Source of the DNA: a virus
Lineage: Duplodnaviria > Caudoviricetes
Reading direction: 5' to 3' (one strand)
DNA: 28,758 nucleotides
Virus record (IMG/VR): IMGVR_UViG_3300017744_004596
Coordinates: 1-28,758 of that record
In this document: piece after piece, positions 1 through 9,275 of the stretch
Layout of the letters: each line of letters starts with the position of its first letter
Position numbering within the stretch: the stretch's first letter is position 1
The notes under the pieces: generated by a model
Seen by the model: the letters and a program-made list of their open reading frames with translations, nothing else
Database searches by the model: none
What the model was told of the DNA's origin: nothing
Program-made: the position numbers and the translations under genes

Positions 1-177
1 AGATGCTTTCGCTAACGCTTCAGCTCTCTGCGTACCATGCTTTGCAAAGTACTTATACTTCGTATTAAGTTCATCATCTTGTTGACTAGCGTACGGTAAT
101 CTATTTGAGATATAACTCACTAGATTTCTGCCAAACGTAGCAGCTCTACCGTCATTTGTTGGAGAAGTATCAGCCAT
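1..177 (-). CDS. Partial CDS (N-terminus only, runs off the window); probable late/structural gene, possibly portal
   Basis: ATG at 177, open frame MADTSPTNDGRAATFGRNLVSYISNRLPYASQQDDELNTKYKYFAKHG... to the window edge; preceded by AATAAATA. The portal identity is only a guess from context. Confidence 0.55.
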   Translation of the reverse strand, partial: MADTSPTNDGRAATFGRNLVSYISNRLPYASQQDDELNTKYKYFAKHGTQRAEALAKAS

Positions 178-184
178 CTTTAGT

Positions 185-192
185 TATTTATT
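185..192 (-). promoter_or_regulatory. T4-late-like promoter element (AATAAATA)
   Basis: Matches 7/8 of TATAAATA; 7 nt upstream of the ATG at 177. Confidence 0.5.
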
Positions 193-1318
193 CTGCGGTG
201 AAGTGGAAGCCATCTATTTCTGCTGAAGTCTTCCATCCCGCTGGGTTTTTAACAATAACATCAAATCTACCAGAAGCGGTAAGTGCTGGTATCATGATAT
301 TGAGGATTTGATTATTAAGTACATTCCACTGACTAGCTGGTAGAATATAACCGCTTACTTCACCTGTGTAAGTTGTATTTACTGCAGTGAAACCTGTTGT
401 AATAGCGCTATTCGAACTGAGCATTACAAACTCTGTTCTATCATAGTTATTACCATATAAAGTATAACTTCTACCACCGGCTGAAGTATTAGTTACAATC
501 GTTGTAGGATTATCTAAGGGTAGTAATGACCCTGATGTATTAAAATAAACATTTGTAATATCCGGAATTCCTGAAAGAGTAATTGTTTCAACATCTCCTA
601 CCGTTGATGACATATTTGCAAAAAACGTTTCATAATCTAATGATGAAAGACCTTGGTTAAAGTTAAAATCCGGTCTTACATTTATAAAATTATTTTCAAT
701 AAAGTATATTGGAGAGCTTTTTTCATTTTTACTTCTAAATAACCAACCTTTAATAGTAAAGCTTGTATCAGCAACAATTCTAAACTTGTCACTATATGTT
801 GTTTCAGTCGGGGTGTTTAGAGTAATATTCTGATCCCATAACACTTCTGATCGTATCTCTATATTATTGCTAACGTCTGATGAAACTGGCTCCTTCCATG
901 CGAGTATAATATATGGATCTGAATACGGTACAAAGTTAGAAATAATTTGTTCCATGTCCTGCATATATCTACAAAGTATGGACATATTAACTGTTAGGTT
1001 AACAGGTGTTGGAGTTCTAATGGACGAGGAAGAATTAGAATTACGGTAATTTTCAAAATTATCGAGTTTATTAAATACACGATCAGTATCATACGATATA
1101 CCTGCTAAATCAATAGCCACTACAGGGAGTTCTATATTCTGAGCTTTATTAACTATATCATACATTATACGCTGCTTAGGCGCAAACACATACCTTACTG
1201 CTACCTCTTGACGAGTATTGTTATTTTTGTCATAACGCTTAACAACTGTATCATCAAATGCTGCAACAAACTGAGTTAAGAGATCCTTAACTTCAAAATT
1301 GTAAGTATAATTTTTCAA
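188..1318 (-). CDS. T4 gp15-like tail sheath terminator/tail completion protein with a C-terminal Ig-like extension
   Basis: VRYVFAPKQRI, LPVVAIDLAGISYDTDR, PVNLTVNMSILCRYMQDMEQIISNFVPY and SFTIKGWLF follow the gp15 pattern; TTG start; extra S/T/N-rich beta domain of about 130 aa ending GRFDVIVKNPAGW. Confidence 0.75.
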   Translation of the reverse strand: MKNYTYNFEVKDLLTQFVAAFDDTVVKRYDKNNNTRQEVAVRYVFAPKQRIMYDIVNKAQNIELPVVAIDLAGISYDTDRVFNKLDNFENYRNSNSSSSIRTPTPVNLTVNMSILCRYMQDMEQIISNFVPYSDPYIILAWKEPVSSDVSNNIEIRSEVLWDQNITLNTPTETTYSDKFRIVADTSFTIKGWLFRSKNEKSSPIYFIENNFINVRPDFNFNQGLSSLDYETFFANMSSTVGDVETITLSGIPDITNVYFNTSGSLLPLDNPTTIVTNTSAGGRSYTLYGNNYDRTEFVMLSSNSAITTGFTAVNTTYTGEVSGYILPASQWNVLNNQILNIMIPALTASGRFDVIVKNPAGWKTSAEIDGFHFTAE

Positions 1319-1327
1319 AGCTATATA

Positions 1328-1334
1328 TATTTAA
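1328..1334 (-). promoter_or_regulatory. T4-late-like promoter element (TTAAATA)
   Basis: TAAATA core 9 nt upstream of the gp15-like start codon. Confidence 0.4.
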
Positions 1335-1336
1335 TA

Positions 1337-2965
1337 CTAAACAAAGCGTTCCAAAAAATATTTCGGTAACTTATGTTTCGATCTCAGTATACTATCAACA
1401 ATTGTACCATCTAAAATATAAGTTATGCAAGTATCTTTCTTAGATCGTACACCACGACCACATGCTTGGATTAATGAACATAACATTTTATTTTGATACC
1501 AATCAAAGTCGTTTTTCATCATTCGTTCAATCCTAACATCCTTCGTGGGTAGAAATGGTGCTTTAATTAGTATTTGAAACTTTGCTAGATCACCTTTTAG
1601 ATCAACTCCATAAGACATAGATGGCGAAACGAGCACAGTTGGTTGCGCGCTTGACATATGCTTATCTAGAATATCTTCATTTTTAACTCCAGGTTCTCGG
1701 TATAAAAACCTATCACCATATAACATGGTACCAAGTTTAGCAGTTATATTATTATTTTGAGAATGAATGATACCTTTATCATTCGCATGATGATTACATA
1801 TCTCAGCGACCTGTTTAATAATACGTGGTAAATACTTATCCATAGTATGATAGTTTAACTTATACTTAGGATTACAGACAATAGGTGCTTTTTTAGGATC
1901 AAAACTTGATTCTGCTTCCACGTATTTATAATCAGTAATTCCTAATGACTTACAAAAATTACTCGGATCGATTATTGTCGCGGACATCAAAATAATTTTA
2001 TCAGCATAATCAAACAATCTATACGCTAATTTATCAACTTTCAATGGCATAAACGTAATACCGGTTTCATCTTTTTCATAAACATACTCTGACTCCTGCC
2101 ATGAATCAGTTACCTGCTCGACCTTATTATGCAAATTCATCAACCTTTGCATATTAGTTGTAAGGTCTAAAATAGCTTTTTTGTTATTAGTCTTCTTTAC
2201 TGATAAAATATCCTTAATATCATCAATCTTATCTGTAAGATCGAGCTGTAATTCTGTCAACCACCTAACAGCAGACATACGCTTAGTTAGTGGTCTAACG
2301 CTAATATCCATCCTCATGAGAAACTTGTAATCCACTTTGCAAGTAAATTCTTTAACAAGTTGATCCTCTAACTCAGAAGCCTCGTCACAAATCAAAAACT
2401 GCCTCTTTTTAAGATGGTTAGGTAAAGCAAAAAACATATTATAGTTTAATGTGTTAAACTGCGATACTAACGCTTTGTTTCTTGCTTCATAATACGTACA
2501 CTTATTTTTTGCCCAGCAATCTGCTTTTAAACTAGCAGAATGCAAACATGGCGCTACATCAACCGGATAACGCTCGTCGATTGCACATTGATAATTTGAC
2601 TTACCTTTCACGACAGCTGTTTCATCAAAAAGATCTTTATATTGATCTTGTAGAGCTTTTGTAATGGTTAATGCCGTACAACCAAATGGAGGTGCTTCCT
2701 CACATTCATCCTGATAGGTATAACCGGTCTGCGTTCTTTTATATGCAGCATATGATGTAACTAACTGTCTAAACTCATCAGTACTCTCATTAGCGACATT
2801 ACCTAATGATTTAGATATAAAACTTTTACCACTACCCGTGGGAGCATTACAAATTACAAATTTACTTCCTGTGTTGAAAGCTTCATCAATACTTTTAAGA
2901 AGTTTAACTTGAGATGGATTAGGATCGTAACCCTCTGGAAAATGCTGCAATAAATTATTAATCAC
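1337..2965 (-). CDS. dinG: DinG/Rad3/XPD-family SF2 helicase with probable Fe-S cluster
   Basis: Q-motif (PNPSQ), Walker A APTGSGKS, DEASE, MSAT, GVDL, QACGRGVRSKKD; Cys cluster NYQC..APC..DC..KCTYY. Confidence 0.88.
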   Translation of the reverse strand: MINNLLQHFPEGYDPNPSQVKLLKSIDEAFNTGSKFVICNAPTGSGKSFISKSLGNVANESTDEFRQLVTSYAAYKRTQTGYTYQDECEEAPPFGCTALTITKALQDQYKDLFDETAVVKGKSNYQCAIDERYPVDVAPCLHSASLKADCWAKNKCTYYEARNKALVSQFNTLNYNMFFALPNHLKKRQFLICDEASELEDQLVKEFTCKVDYKFLMRMDISVRPLTKRMSAVRWLTELQLDLTDKIDDIKDILSVKKTNNKKAILDLTTNMQRLMNLHNKVEQVTDSWQESEYVYEKDETGITFMPLKVDKLAYRLFDYADKIILMSATIIDPSNFCKSLGITDYKYVEAESSFDPKKAPIVCNPKYKLNYHTMDKYLPRIIKQVAEICNHHANDKGIIHSQNNNITAKLGTMLYGDRFLYREPGVKNEDILDKHMSSAQPTVLVSPSMSYGVDLKGDLAKFQILIKAPFLPTKDVRIERMMKNDFDWYQNKMLCSLIQACGRGVRSKKDTCITYILDGTIVDSILRSKHKLPKYFLERFV

Positions 2966-2973
2966 CTACTATG

Positions 2974-3001
2974 ATTATAGTCGCGATCTACTATAAATCA
3001 A
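2974..3001 (-). promoter_or_regulatory. Sigma70-like promoter TTGATT-N16-TATAAT
   Basis: Read directly; -10 box is 8 nt upstream of the GTG start of dinG. Confidence 0.65.
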
Positions 3002-3344
3002 CTTCATCTAAAGGCATTATATACAAATTTTCATTATATATTTTAGACTTTTTAGAGGAATCTAAAAATTTAACCTGTAATTGTAGATCGCCAACATTTA
3101 AAAATTTATTTAGTTTATAGCACAATATAGTTTTTGTTCCAACTTTCGATATATCAAACGGGTAAGGTATCTCATATATACGAGTCCTTACTTCATCCTC
3201 TAAGGTTAGTTTAGCATAATGTTGCTTAATTTGAAAAATCCGTAATTTGCCCTTTCTAATAATTTTACGATCCGTGCATATAGCAACCGTTTGGAGCAAA
3301 TATGGTTTTATGCAATCGGAAAATTTTTCGAGAGATACATTCAT
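2991..3344 (-). CDS. Hypothetical protein
   Basis: 117 aa ORF, ATGA-coupled to the upstream gene; no recognised motif. Confidence 0.7.
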   Translation of the reverse strand: MNVSLEKFSDCIKPYLLQTVAICTDRKIIRKGKLRIFQIKQHYAKLTLEDEVRTRIYEIPYPFDISKVGTKTILCYKLNKFLNVGDLQLQVKFLDSSKKSKIYNENLYIMPLDEVDL

Positions 3345-3715
3345 GAATTCATAAAGTTATATTTTTGTTCAGGAGACATTGGGTATATATTCTCATTAAA
3401 ATATTCCCAAAAATCATTATTTGGAATTTGTTGAATAAGATCGCATGAATTCATACTTATGGTACGATAACTTTGCATTAATATGTCCCATACAACTAAA
3501 ACATTTTCCGCTGCTTCATTAATTTTCGCCGGACCTTTTGGAGGAGCATAGTTTAGTGTAGTTTTACCGTTTATAGAATTTAATAAGTCGTAAGACTTGG
3601 TACATAGCATTCTTCTTGTAGGGCCATCTCCTGCTCTAGGACGACGTCTTACAAATCTTATTTCACATACATTATTTAATAATAGTGAATCAAGAGCTGC
3701 TCTTTGTATTATCAT
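3341..3715 (-). CDS. WYL_2/Sm-like SH3 beta-barrel phage protein (DUF2693-like)
   Basis: Pattern EIRFVRR..RRMLCT..VWDILMQSYRTI. Confidence 0.5.
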   Translation of the reverse strand: MIIQRAALDSLLLNNVCEIRFVRRRPRAGDGPTRRMLCTKSYDLLNSINGKTTLNYAPPKGPAKINEAAENVLVVWDILMQSYRTISMNSCDLIQQIPNNDFWEYFNENIYPMSPEQKYNFMNS

Positions 3716-4106
3716 TCTTTAATTTACAAATTCCAAATAAACGATCTTCATTTAGGAAGATTCCTTTCTTCACAGCCGAACCATTTACATCAATGTTAGC
3801 TACGGTAACGCCAAGATTATTTGGAAAAATAACAATATCACCAGGTTTTGTATATTCAGCTTTTGGACCAGCTAGAATAACTCTAGCTTTACGCCAAGCT
3901 TTTGTCAAAGCGTTGGTTGGTACGAATATACCATTTCGTTCAATTTCACCTGTATCATTTTCATCAACATATTCAACTAGTAGGATATCATCAAAAATCA
4001 TTGTAAGTTCAAACTCATCTGTAAGACCGACATCTCCATCATTATTTGTCGAGAGGTCAATAAGATGCTTTTGAGGAGCTAGAGTATCAATACTTCTTTG
4101 TGCCAT
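3690..4106 (-). CDS. groES: GroES-like co-chaperonin (functional analogue of T4 gp31)
   Basis: DDILLVE..NGIFVP..ARVILAGP..KPGDIVIF..LNEDRLFG; start moved to the ATG at 4106 (MAQRS), which lies just after a promoter-like element. Confidence 0.82.
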   Translation of the reverse strand: MAQRSIDTLAPQKHLIDLSTNNDGDVGLTDEFELTMIFDDILLVEYVDENDTGEIERNGIFVPTNALTKAWRKARVILAGPKAEYTKPGDIVIFPNNLGVTVANIDVNGSAVKKGIFLNEDRLFGICKLKNDNTKSSS

Positions 4107-4111
4107 ACTTA

Positions 4112-4139
4112 TATTTACATTAGGTTGAAAATTAATCAA
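4112..4139 (-). promoter_or_regulatory. Promoter-like element TTGATT-N16-TAAATA (hybrid sigma70/late-like)
   Basis: Read directly; 5 nt upstream of the groES ATG. Confidence 0.5.
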
Positions 4140-4509
4140 GCAGATTCTTGTATATCTCTAGCTCTCGAACAGACATATTTTTATTCTTCGCGATCATCTT
4201 AAGTTGATCAGTTTCCTCTTGCTTATCTTTATCTTTTTTAGGCTTCTTAATGTAACTAATACGTTTAAATTTGAGTCGAGGTATTAAATTAAAGTAAAGC
4301 TTATACGTTTTTTGCTTATCAGTATCAAAAATACCACAATATTTATTAAGAGTTTCATTTACAAAACCAACAGTTTCTTTACTGTACATTGTGAGCCATC
4401 TATTGAAGAGAAAGGGTACAAATGACTGCTCACCTTCTTGATCTAACGGATCCGGTTGCTTTTGTTTATTGGAGTAAAATAGTTTATTTTGTAACTGAAA
4501 GAAATTCAT
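4132..4509 (-). CDS. T4 gp62-like clamp loader small subunit
   Basis: FVPFLFNRWLTM..FVNETLN..YKLYFNLIPRLKFKRISYIKK..NMSVRELEIY resembles gp62 family pattern; size fits. Confidence 0.6.
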   Translation of the reverse strand: MNFFQLQNKLFYSNKQKQPDPLDQEGEQSFVPFLFNRWLTMYSKETVGFVNETLNKYCGIFDTDKQKTYKLYFNLIPRLKFKRISYIKKPKKDKDKQEETDQLKMIAKNKNMSVRELEIYKNLLD

Positions 4510-5341
4510 AACACGTATTCTCCATTATAATATTTGTAATATATTTAGCAACTGACTCAGCTTTAAATCTATTATTATAAGTTTGCTGCTGCCGATTTTG
4601 CACTAATTGTAGCATATCTAAATCTGATAATAAATCCATAATTACATTACCAATATCTTTATCCCAATCTTCAACTTGACAGATAGCAGCATCTTTGTAT
4701 ATTTTTGTTTCTTGTAATTTAGGGGATACAACTACAGCTCCACTTCTCATTGCTTCATAATGTCTAAATGTTTCCATACTAACATTACCTGCAGGACAAA
4801 CTACTATTTTCGAATCGTGTAATTTTTCTGAATATTGCTCACCTGACAATCCCATATTAAAACCACGAGAAATATTAAAATCTAATTTAGGTCTTTTATC
4901 ATGAGACATTTGATTAAAAAATTCAATAACAGGTCTCATAAACTTAACTCTATTCGCTGACGACATATGACCAGCGAAAAAGACATCTATACTTCTATCG
5001 GCAATTATTTTATTTTTAAGGTTTACATGCTTTTTATTATAACCTAATGGAAAAGCGTGAACATTCTTTAACTCTTGGTCTGATGTTAGGTACGCTTTAA
5101 AAACGGTACAGCTATCTTGCCACAGTTTAGGAATATTATTTGTCATAAATTCGTCTGAAAGACCAATAATAATATTCTTCTTGTCGTTATTAAGTATTAC
5201 TTTGTCTCTATAATCCCATTCTTGTGTTACACTTACAACATGTATTTTATAATCATCATTTAATGTAATGTATTTAAGTACAGTTTGTAGGTAATCCCAC
5301 TCACAAACGTTTTCACCAACACCGTAATACTCAACAATCAT
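4484..5341 (-). CDS. Exostosin-like (GT47/GT-B) glycosyltransferase
   Basis: DVFFAG, YSEKLHDSKIVVCPAGN..ETFRHYEAMRSGAVVV. Confidence 0.7.
   Translation of the reverse strand: MIVEYYGVGENVCEWDYLQTVLKYITLNDDYKIHVVSVTQEWDYRDKVILNNDKKNIIIGLSDEFMTNNIPKLWQDSCTVFKAYLTSDQELKNVHAFPLGYNKKHVNLKNKIIADRSIDVFFAGHMSSANRVKFMRPVIEFFNQMSHDKRPKLDFNISRGFNMGLSGEQYSEKLHDSKIVVCPAGNVSMETFRHYEAMRSGAVVVSPKLQETKIYKDAAICQVEDWDKDIGNVIMDLLSDLDMLQLVQNRQQQTYNNRFKAESVAKYITNIIMENTCYEFLSVTK
4524..4551 (-). promoter_or_regulatory. Sigma70-like promoter TTGCTA-N16-TATAAT
   Basis: Inside the 3' end of the upstream gene, 14 nt before the gp62-like ATG. Confidence 0.5.
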
Positions 5342-5922
5342 TATACAATTACTTTTGTTGTAGCTACAAACTGATCTCTAATTTCATAATTGAAGTAATT
5401 ACAAATTTTAATCATAAGACCCTCAACATCTTCATCTGATAACTTTGATGAATAAGCAAAACCTGGAGCGTTTTTACCTGCATCAATATTAAGCGCTGTA
5501 TGACCTAATGCGACGTTTTCTTTACTATAGGTAATAGAAACACTTACTTTACCTTCTTCTCTTTCTTCGCCATCTGATCCTTTAAACTTATCAATAACCA
5601 TAAGATCGTCTCCTTTCATTGAAATAGGAAGCTTAATATATTCGGATAGTAGTTGAGCAACCGCTGTATTGAATAAACGTTGAAACGCAACAGCTCCTAG
5701 TGGACATAGATTAGGTATCTCCCAACATAAATTAATTGCATCTTTAGAGGAAATATAATCATCTGTTAAAGTATCCTCCAAGTCAATTAGATTATCTTTA
5801 ACTTCCATTGGAGCGCGAAACGCAACAATATTACCTACAGGAGAAACATCTTTACGAAAATATTCATACGCAAATCGGTTATGAATCAAAGATCCATCAT
5901 ATATGTCTTGTTCAATAATCAT
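5341..5922 (-). CDS. DUF366-family protein (biotin/lipoate-ligase-like fold)
   Basis: YDGS..FAY, IVAFRAPM, LIDLED, AVAFQRL, KGDDL, GKVSVSI, GHTALNI motifs recognised as DUF366. Confidence 0.7.
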   Translation of the reverse strand: MIIEQDIYDGSLIHNRFAYEYFRKDVSPVGNIVAFRAPMEVKDNLIDLEDTLTDDYISSKDAINLCWEIPNLCPLGAVAFQRLFNTAVAQLLSEYIKLPISMKGDDLMVIDKFKGSDGEEREEGKVSVSITYSKENVALGHTALNIDAGKNAPGFAYSSKLSDEDVEGLMIKICNYFNYEIRDQFVATTKVIV

Positions 5923-5931
5923 TACTCTACT

Positions 5932-5959
5932 AGTATATATCTATATATTAAGAAGGCAA
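5932..5959 (-). promoter_or_regulatory. Sigma70-like promoter TTGCCT-N16-TATACT
   Basis: 9 nt upstream of the DUF366 ATG. Confidence 0.55.
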
Positions 5960-6616
5960 ATATTTAGTTACTACCTCATTATTTTTAGCGGCCCAATAAC
6001 TTGTCATTCTACCAAAACCTTCTTCGCGTACAAGATATACTTTATGTGCCGTTTTTCCTTTATTTATAGATGCATCTGTCATCGCCTTGTTAATAATTTC
6101 TTCTCCTGAAAAGACCTTTACTCCTTGAGATTTATAATCTTCATAATTATCAAACATATCTTCAAAAATCTTCATGTTATTACTATTACCAAACATTAAA
6201 AAATCAGATAAAACCGCCGGATTGTTACAAACATTTGGTGCATAAATCATACTACTATCCATATCAAACTTTGATATGTCTAATTTTGGCTCATCCAAAC
6301 AAACATCAAAGCGGGTTCTAATAATTGCATCATAATTTTTATCTGAACTTTTAATTAATTTAAATACTTTTGATGTACTATAGAATATAGATTTGTGAAT
6401 TAACTCAACTGGGTCATCGCTAAAATTAATTTGTTTCTCAATTATAATCTCTTTAGGTTTCCACAAATCATAAATTAAATTTTCATCTTTGTTACCGTCT
6501 TCCCAAGTGTGTACAAAAACATCATAATCATTAAAATCTACAATATTCCGTTTAAGGGAATGTATACCTAAATCTACAAACCTTTGTTGTCCAAAAATTG
6601 CAAGTGCCTTATTCAT
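5948..6616 (-). CDS. Putative glycosyltransferase-like/polysaccharide-locus protein
   Basis: KALAIFGQQR, DVFVHTW, YDAIIRTRFD, SDFLMFG pattern typical of glycan-locus hypotheticals. Confidence 0.5.
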   Translation of the reverse strand: MNKALAIFGQQRFVDLGIHSLKRNIVDFNDYDVFVHTWEDGNKDENLIYDLWKPKEIIIEKQINFSDDPVELIHKSIFYSTSKVFKLIKSSDKNYDAIIRTRFDVCLDEPKLDISKFDMDSSMIYAPNVCNNPAVLSDFLMFGNSNNMKIFEDMFDNYEDYKSQGVKVFSGEEIINKAMTDASINKGKTAHKVYLVREEGFGRMTSYWAAKNNEVVTKYLPS

Positions 6617-6935
6617 TTATAATATATTTATCATCTTTATAAGATGCATCTCTAATCACAATTAAATCTGTGTTCTTGTGAAAAAATGACTCTGATACAG
6701 TATATGGCTCAAGTACGAATATTTCACCTTCACGAAATCTTTCACCATTTATTTCAACATCTCCAGAAACGACAATATTAATTTCAGTACTTTTTTTATG
6801 GTAGTGATTTTGCGTTGGAGCACCTTTCTTATACTTATGATAACCTACTTCAAATTTTTCCGTCTTTAACACAGAAGGATCAAAGTTGCCAACCACCCAA
6901 CCATTTACCATATCCTTTATATTATACCTTTTCAT
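6609..6935 (-). CDS. Cupin (RmlC-like) protein
   Basis: GWVVGNFDP, HYHKKSTEINIVVSG..GEIFVLEP cupin motifs. Confidence 0.75.
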   Translation of the reverse strand: MKRYNIKDMVNGWVVGNFDPSVLKTEKFEVGYHKYKKGAPTQNHYHKKSTEINIVVSGDVEINGERFREGEIFVLEPYTVSESFFHKNTDLIVIRDASYKDDKYIINE

Positions 6936-8094
6936 TTGATTCAGCTTTTGTTATTCTTGGAATATGCCTACCACCATCAAAAGTGGTTACTTGTAAAATG
7001 TTTATTATCAGTTCAAACATTTTTTTATCTACTGTTCTCGCTGGTATAGAAAAATAATTAGCGCAATTATGTCTTACAGCATGCTCAGCAGTATATTCAT
7101 CAGATATCAATGCTGCTCTAATACCTTTATATTTATTACCAGCTATATTAACCCCCTGACCTGTTCGACAAAATGCAATAACATGATCACTATAACCACG
7201 TCTAACTGCTTCAACTGCTTGCGAAACATAATCATTATAGTCACAATCTTTATTTACAAATGTACCATAGTCAACATAACGTATACCAAGTTCATCTAAA
7301 ATATTACACGCTTCATTTTTAATATCAAACCCGGAGTGATCTGCACAAATGGCAATAGGCTTATCACCAAATTTGACTAATGTATGTGTTAAGAAAAATT
7401 CAAGTTCGGTAGGAGTACCCATGAGATGCATCTTATCAACTTCCTCAATAGTAATACGCTTATCATTTTCAATCATTAAATTGTATAAGGGGCAGATATA
7501 AAATTCTCCCTTGGTGGTAATATCTTGATTGATCATTACTTTAGCATATTTTACAAAATCTGAACCTTTTGAAAACGTATACACTCCCACTGCAGCATTA
7601 TCACTTATAACTTCCTTCTCAGCAGTTCGTGTAACCAAATTATTGTCATCTAATTTTGCGTAACTATATCCATTATTATTACTTTTAAATGTAAGAATAG
7701 TACCGTCAACAGAGGTATCAATTTTTATTGGGTCAAAGAACGGTTCAAAGAAAACATCTAAAGTATAAATTAACAGTGGATCATCATTATTAATATAATC
7801 TTCAGCCATTAAACATGTTTCTACCGACCCACGGGTAATTTTATCTAAAATAATAATTTTAATATCGTCACCATAACGTTGTTTTAAAATAGTATCGAGC
7901 GAGTAATCACTTACATGGTCACGTCGTATACAGAAAATAAGATTACACTCATCTTTATTATCAATTGACTCGAGACTTAAATCAATCATTTGCGTATCAC
8001 CTACCATTATAAGTTGCTTTGGCATTGCATAATCAGCGTCTACAAACCTCTGTCCTTTACCAGCAATAGGTATTAAAATATTAATTTTACTCAT
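6922..8094 (-). CDS. Sugar-phosphate nucleotidyltransferase-like domain fused to ribose-5-phosphate isomerase B (RpiB/LacAB)
   Basis: N-term LIPIAGKGQRF..PKQLI..EKEVISD..GEFY..LMGTP; C-term ICADHSG, DYND, CRTGQG, GIRAAL, RHNCAN, FDGGRH. Confidence 0.85.
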   Translation of the reverse strand: MSKINILIPIAGKGQRFVDADYAMPKQLIMVGDTQMIDLSLESIDNKDECNLIFCIRRDHVSDYSLDTILKQRYGDDIKIIILDKITRGSVETCLMAEDYINNDDPLLIYTLDVFFEPFFDPIKIDTSVDGTILTFKSNNNGYSYAKLDDNNLVTRTAEKEVISDNAAVGVYTFSKGSDFVKYAKVMINQDITTKGEFYICPLYNLMIENDKRITIEEVDKMHLMGTPTELEFFLTHTLVKFGDKPIAICADHSGFDIKNEACNILDELGIRYVDYGTFVNKDCDYNDYVSQAVEAVRRGYSDHVIAFCRTGQGVNIAGNKYKGIRAALISDEYTAEHAVRHNCANYFSIPARTVDKKMFELIINILQVTTFDGGRHIPRITKAESNEKV

Positions 8095-8767
8095 TATTCT
8101 TCTTAATTAAATTATATGTCATAGAATGTGCAATTGCAACTGCTTCTTTGACCGGCTTTTTACTAATTAAATTAGTAATAGTTGCAGCAGCAAAAGTATC
8201 CCCTGCTCCAAGAATATTTACCCCCTTCAAAATATCTTCTACTTTCGTTGAGAATGTATCTTGTCCATAATATGTGCTACCTGATGTATAGTGCACTATT
8301 ATATCACCTTTAACGTATTTACGAAGTTCATCAATAGGCATCCATAAGTCTTCATCTGATATAAAGAGTAAATCTATAAATTGTAAAACCTTTAAATTCT
8401 TAAGAGGTTCCCCGGCGCAAATATCTGCAGATATTTTTTTACTAGTTGAAGCAACCTCCTCAACAAATTCTAAATCGTTAAGTTGGTTGAGGTAAAGAAT
8501 ATGTGACCAATCAGTCAACTGTATAAAAGGCACTCTCGTCTTTATAGATAATGCTGCAGTTGAAACACGTCGTACCTTTTCTTTATCAACATAAATTAAA
8601 GCTTCACCTATTTCTGTCGGCTCTATTCTAACATTAATATTAGTTGAAAAATTTATAAAAGCTTTCCAAACGTTACCTATACTACCGATTGTTTCGTAAG
8701 ATTTATTACCATCAAAAATAGTATCATATGTCAAATGGCCATATAATGTAACGTTAGAACTTGTCAT
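8087..8767 (-). CDS. PfkB/ribokinase-family carbohydrate kinase
   Basis: C-terminal GAGDTFAA anion-hole motif; N-terminal YGHLTYD. Confidence 0.78.
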   Translation of the reverse strand: MTSSNVTLYGHLTYDTIFDGNKSYETIGSIGNVWKAFINFSTNINVRIEPTEIGEALIYVDKEKVRRVSTAALSIKTRVPFIQLTDWSHILYLNQLNDLEFVEEVASTSKKISADICAGEPLKNLKVLQFIDLLFISDEDLWMPIDELRKYVKGDIIVHYTSGSTYYGQDTFSTKVEDILKGVNILGAGDTFAAATITNLISKKPVKEAVAIAHSMTYNLIKKNNE

Positions 8768-9275
8768 CTTTATCTAAGTTATAGAATAATTCTTCATTAA
8801 AAGGAGGTATTATATTTCTACTTTCACATTCATCAAATAATTTATCTATACAATTATCTCCCCCGACCCGATCTAAAGTATTACCACAGCAATACTTTCT
8901 AATAGTTTTAACAGCATCAGATGGGCAAAAGCTATACCCAACTGCCTTCATAATACTCAAGTCAAAAATATCATCCCCGACATAACACATTTCGTCTGGT
9001 GATACATTATAGGTATTTTTAAATATGTTTATGAAAGCGCTTTTACATACGCTTCTAGAAGCGTAAAAATCTATTGACCTATTTTTTGCAATTGACTCGT
9101 TAATATTAGTATCCCCAGAAAGAAAAATTACTTCTACACCAGCAGATTTAAATTTCTTGATAGCTGAAAAATCTTTATCGCAAAAAGTTTTATACTTTGC
9201 TAAGCCTGTATTATCGTAATATTTCTTGCCATCGGTAAGAACTCCATCAACATCTAAAATAAGTAATTTAATCAT
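8754..9275 (-). CDS. KdsC/YrbI-like HAD phosphatase
   Basis: LDVDGVLTDG, FLSG, YVGDDIFD, CPSDA; start moved to the ATG at 9275, which overlaps the upstream stop (ATGA). Confidence 0.85.
   Translation of the reverse strand: MIKLLILDVDGVLTDGKKYYDNTGLAKYKTFCDKDFSAIKKFKSAGVEVIFLSGDTNINESIAKNRSIDFYASRSVCKSAFINIFKNTYNVSPDEMCYVGDDIFDLSIMKAVGYSFCPSDAVKTIRKYCCGNTLDRVGGDNCIDKLFDECESRNIIPPFNEELFYNLDKDDKF

Noticed and set aside
1337-2965. dinG as part of a type IV CRISPR system
   Set aside because: No cas/csf genes or array nearby
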